In this document: positions 25,884 through 27,411 of the stretch, piece after piece
How the letters are laid out: each line of letters begins with the position of its first letter
Numbering within the stretch: the first letter of the stretch is position 1
Assembly (NCBI GenBank): GCA_050015395.1
Contig: JBEKBM010000030.1
Span: 1 to 27,411, forward strand
Direction of reading: 5' to 3'
Length of the DNA stretch: 27,411 nt
Source of the DNA: Candidatus Bathyarchaeia archaeon
Lineage (GTDB): Archaea > Thermoproteota > Bathyarchaeia > Bathyarchaeales > Bathycorpusculaceae
Made by a program: the position numbers and the translations under genes
Notes under the pieces: model-generated
The model's database searches: none
What the model saw: only the letters and a program-made list of their open reading frames with translations
What the model was told of the DNA's origin: nothing

Positions 25884-26798
25884 TTATCTGCCCAGCACTT
25901 CCACTAAGGTTTCGACTTCTTTGATCCATGTGTTTATTGTTTCGAGGTTCTCGCTCTGGTTATGTGACACTTTCTGCATTCCCTTCAGTTGGTCAAGTTG
26001 GTGTTTGTAGTACCCAGCCAATAGGTTCAGAGGTTTTATGAACTGGGCTGTTGATCCGTGTTGTTCCAGCTTGTCGCCTAAGTTGTTAAGCGTAGTGAGC
26101 ATCTCCTCCACGGTCATATCAGTGGTTTTTTTAAATTCTTGGAGCACCCATTGTTTGACAACCATGTTGCGGCTTTTCCAACCATTGGATTGCTCAGTGA
26201 AGGTTTTGAGCACGGCTTGGTATAATTGGGTGACATGTGTGTCAAGTGCGGGTGTTTGAGGCGCTAAAGTGCCGCTTGTTACCTCTGCCTGAGAGTCATA
26301 CCGTGGCTCAGCAGAGGAGACGTTTAAGCTCACGGAAAGTTTAAGTGGGGCACCCAACGCAATCCACAGTTTGCTTAATTCATCTAAAGAAAGCGAATCT
26401 ATTTTCACTGTGAGCCTGATATTGTTCTTTTCATCTGAACTAGCAATCGACGGCGTAGCTAAAAGCGTATGAATTATTTTATCAAGTAATGAGTGGTCGT
26501 CTTTGTCGTTTCCAGTAAATGGTGTAACAAGATAGTGCAGGGCAAAAGTCGTTTGAGTTGTCTTTTTTGTGGAGTAATCTACGGTTGAAGGCATGTTTCT
26601 TGCTGTTTCTTCGGTTAGGTTGTATAGAAAAATCGAAAGTTTTCTGGTTCCTTGAGTGCCGGTGGCTTTTGGAGAGGAAAACGAAATCTGCTCTCGGCTT
26701 GAGATTATGTTTTTTACTGAGGATTCATTTTCTATGCCGTTCCAGATAAGGTTTGCCAGCGCCATGTCGATATCCGATATGAAGGCTTTTTGACTCAT
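25884..26798 (-). CDS. DUF4255 (Pvc16 N-terminal-like) domain protein with a helical C-terminal extension
   Basis: LSIFLYNLTEE, FALHYLVTPF, DDHSLLDKIIHTL and LSLDELSKLWIALG..LKLSV match the DUF4255 pattern. Confidence 0.8.
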   Translation of the reverse strand: MSQKAFISDIDMALANLIWNGIENESSVKNIISSREQISFSSPKATGTQGTRKLSIFLYNLTEETARNMPSTVDYSTKKTTQTTFALHYLVTPFTGNDKDDHSLLDKIIHTLLATPSIASSDEKNNIRLTVKIDSLSLDELSKLWIALGAPLKLSVSLNVSSAEPRYDSQAEVTSGTLAPQTPALDTHVTQLYQAVLKTFTEQSNGWKSRNMVVKQWVLQEFKKTTDMTVEEMLTTLNNLGDKLEQHGSTAQFIKPLNLLAGYYKHQLDQLKGMQKVSHNQSENLETINTWIKEVETLVEVLGR

Positions 26799-27052
26799 GA
26801 ATATCGCTTAATTATTTTGTCAGGTTACTAAAAAGAGTTTTTAGCCAAAATTCTTTTCAATTGCTCTTCCTGAAATAAAAAACAAAAGTGGCATAAACTT
26901 TTGGATATCAATTTATCTTTCCAAAAGAAAGAAATAAAGATTTAACCCGTTTTTGGCTATAGATTGCTATGTTTATTGGGCTTTGACGTATCCTGTGTGT
27001 TTTTAATGTTCTCCTTGCTCCTCCAATCAAGCACTCTTCATGCTTTTTACTT

Positions 27053-27411
<359 letters not shown>

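Overview
Archaeal chromosomal window, TACK-type and most consistent with Bathyarchaeia (inferred from the unsplit RpoB, aIF-1A, L35Ae, L37e-Lsm, an intron-containing tRNA and the archaeal 16S 3' end). Left to right: the 5' part of rpoB; an accessory patch (DUF433/DUF5615 toxin-antitoxin pair, a decayed beta-class DNA methyltransferase, an intact AT-rich beta-class methyltransferase with an internal 81-bp duplication, a wHTH-like protein); oligoendopeptidase F; tRNA-Leu(CAA) with a 33-nt BHB intron, followed by RelBE-like and VapBC pairs and a degenerate copy of the tRNA 3' half; uppP; a cluster of small Cys/Zn proteins around aIF-1A, including a LysW-like ORF with no ATG/GTG/TTG start that the ORF track missed; rpl35ae; a PAP2 membrane enzyme; a wHTH protein; pstSCAB-phoU divergent from an AbrB-PhoU regulator; a HAD phosphatase; DUF1697; Lsm-rpl37e; a PUA protein; an orphan DUF4255/Pvc16-like gene; and the 3' end of a 16S rRNA with no 23S downstream. 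The best leads are a shared 24-bp palindrome-containing box at both pst-locus promoters (candidate archaeal Pho operator), a 248-bp element with 33-bp inverted ends between them, the non-canonical LysW-like ORF behind aIF-1A, the duplicated segment in the methyltransferase, and the orphan Pvc16-like gene. All family calls come from motif recognition by eye; no searches were run.
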